From sequence record MZ443780.1: a stretch of 64,000 bases of DNA; one strand, written 5' to 3'. Below are positions 63,440 through 64,000 of this stretch, in pieces. Within the stretch, counting starts at the first letter, position 1, and the number at the start of each line of letters is the position of its first letter. A program made the position numbers and the translations under genes. The notes below the pieces were generated by a model, which did no database searches, was not told the origin of the DNA, and saw only the letters and a list, made by a program, of their open reading frames with translations.

Positions 63440-64000
63440 TTACGCTTCTGGTTCAACGTAGGCGTTAGTACCAGTCACGAAAGCAATTGCGACTTTCTTA
63501 GCAGTAGTCAGCTCAACGCGCAGGCTGTTTGCGTCGATGAACACGATCTCATCAGGAATGATCTGATAGCCGGTGTCGTCAACAACAGTAACGGTACCGT
63601 ACTTCACGCCAGCGTTGTGGGTGAAGGTATGCGCTGTAGCAGCAACATCACCGCTAGCGGTTTTGTCGTACTGATACAGTTTAGCAGCGGCACCACCAGC
63701 AGAAGCTGCGATAGCGTCGTCAACGTATTTCTTGGACGGAACGCTGGTATCTGTCAGCGGGTCGGTACCAGTCAGGGTCAGCGCTTCGACAGAACCACCA
63801 GTCGCGTCGATGAAGCCACCAGCAGTTTTAACCGCAGCAACGTCAACAGCGATTTTGCTATTGGTAGTGTCTTGTTTCAGGCCATCACCCAGAGCGGCCG
63901 CAGCAATCTGAGTGTAGCCAACGCCACCATCAGCAATCGCCAGACCGTCTACAGAACGTGCCAGAGTTGCACCGTCCAGTTTAACGCGAGTAGAACCGGC
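63440..64000 (-). CDS. C-terminal part of a fibre protein (start lies beyond window)
   Basis: Manually translated open frame AGSTRVKLDG...SKKYVDDAI...FTHNAGVKY...VEPEA*; KKYVD fibre motif plus THN domain. Confidence 0.75.
   Translation of the reverse strand, partial: AGSTRVKLDGATLARSVDGLAIADGGVGYTQIAAAALGDGLKQDTTNSKIAVDVAAVKTAGGFIDATGGSVEALTLTGTDPLTDTSVPSKKYVDDAIAASAGGAAAKLYQYDKTASGDVAATAHTFTHNAGVKYGTVTVVDDTGYQIIPDEIVFIDANSLRVELTTAKKVAIAFVTGTNAYVEPEA

Noticed and set aside
1-64000. tRNA, rRNA, CRISPR arrays, IS elements or integrase
   Set aside because: No cloverleaf, regularly spaced direct repeats, terminal inverted repeats or recombinase motifs were seen by eye; a tRNAscan/CRISPR search would be needed to exclude them fully.

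Overview
A 64-kb segment of a large lytic dsDNA phage genome, about 50% GC by eye and almost fully coding. Genes from 1 to ~47.1 kb are on the + strand and genes from ~47.2 to 64 kb are on the - strand. The + arm starts with a DnaB-like helicase, an intein-containing large terminase, a probable portal protein, a 5'-3' exonuclease and a macrodomain protein. It continues with a six-gene cluster at 12.2-17.8 kb: CmoA-type carboxy-SAM synthase, GT-B glycosyltransferase, DUF1611 P-loop protein, PLP alanine-racemase-like enzyme, glutaminase-less asparagine-synthetase-like amide ligase and a degenerate Glu-racemase-like protein. Further on are Dam, dCMP deaminase, ThyA, a MazG-like protein, a ParB-N protein, and an intein-split C5-cytosine transferase with Arg in place of the motif-X Asn. 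ASCH, DUF4326 and HD-domain proteins and many hypotheticals follow. The - arm holds a holin/spanin-like cassette and a ~15-kb array of paralogous, probably virion-surface fibre proteins carrying variable lectin-like domains. The lead hypothesis (inference) is a 5-carboxymethylcytosine DNA hypermodification pathway extended by amino-acid racemase-like and glycosyltransferase enzymes. Two recurring candidate phage promoter motifs were found (AATCTGTAAATA and TAATTTA). No tRNA, rRNA or CRISPR array was seen. Gene content suggests a jumbo myophage of enterobacterial plant pathogens (Erwinia Y3 / Dickeya 'hairy' type); this is inferred, not verified by search. All family assignments come from motif recognition by eye.
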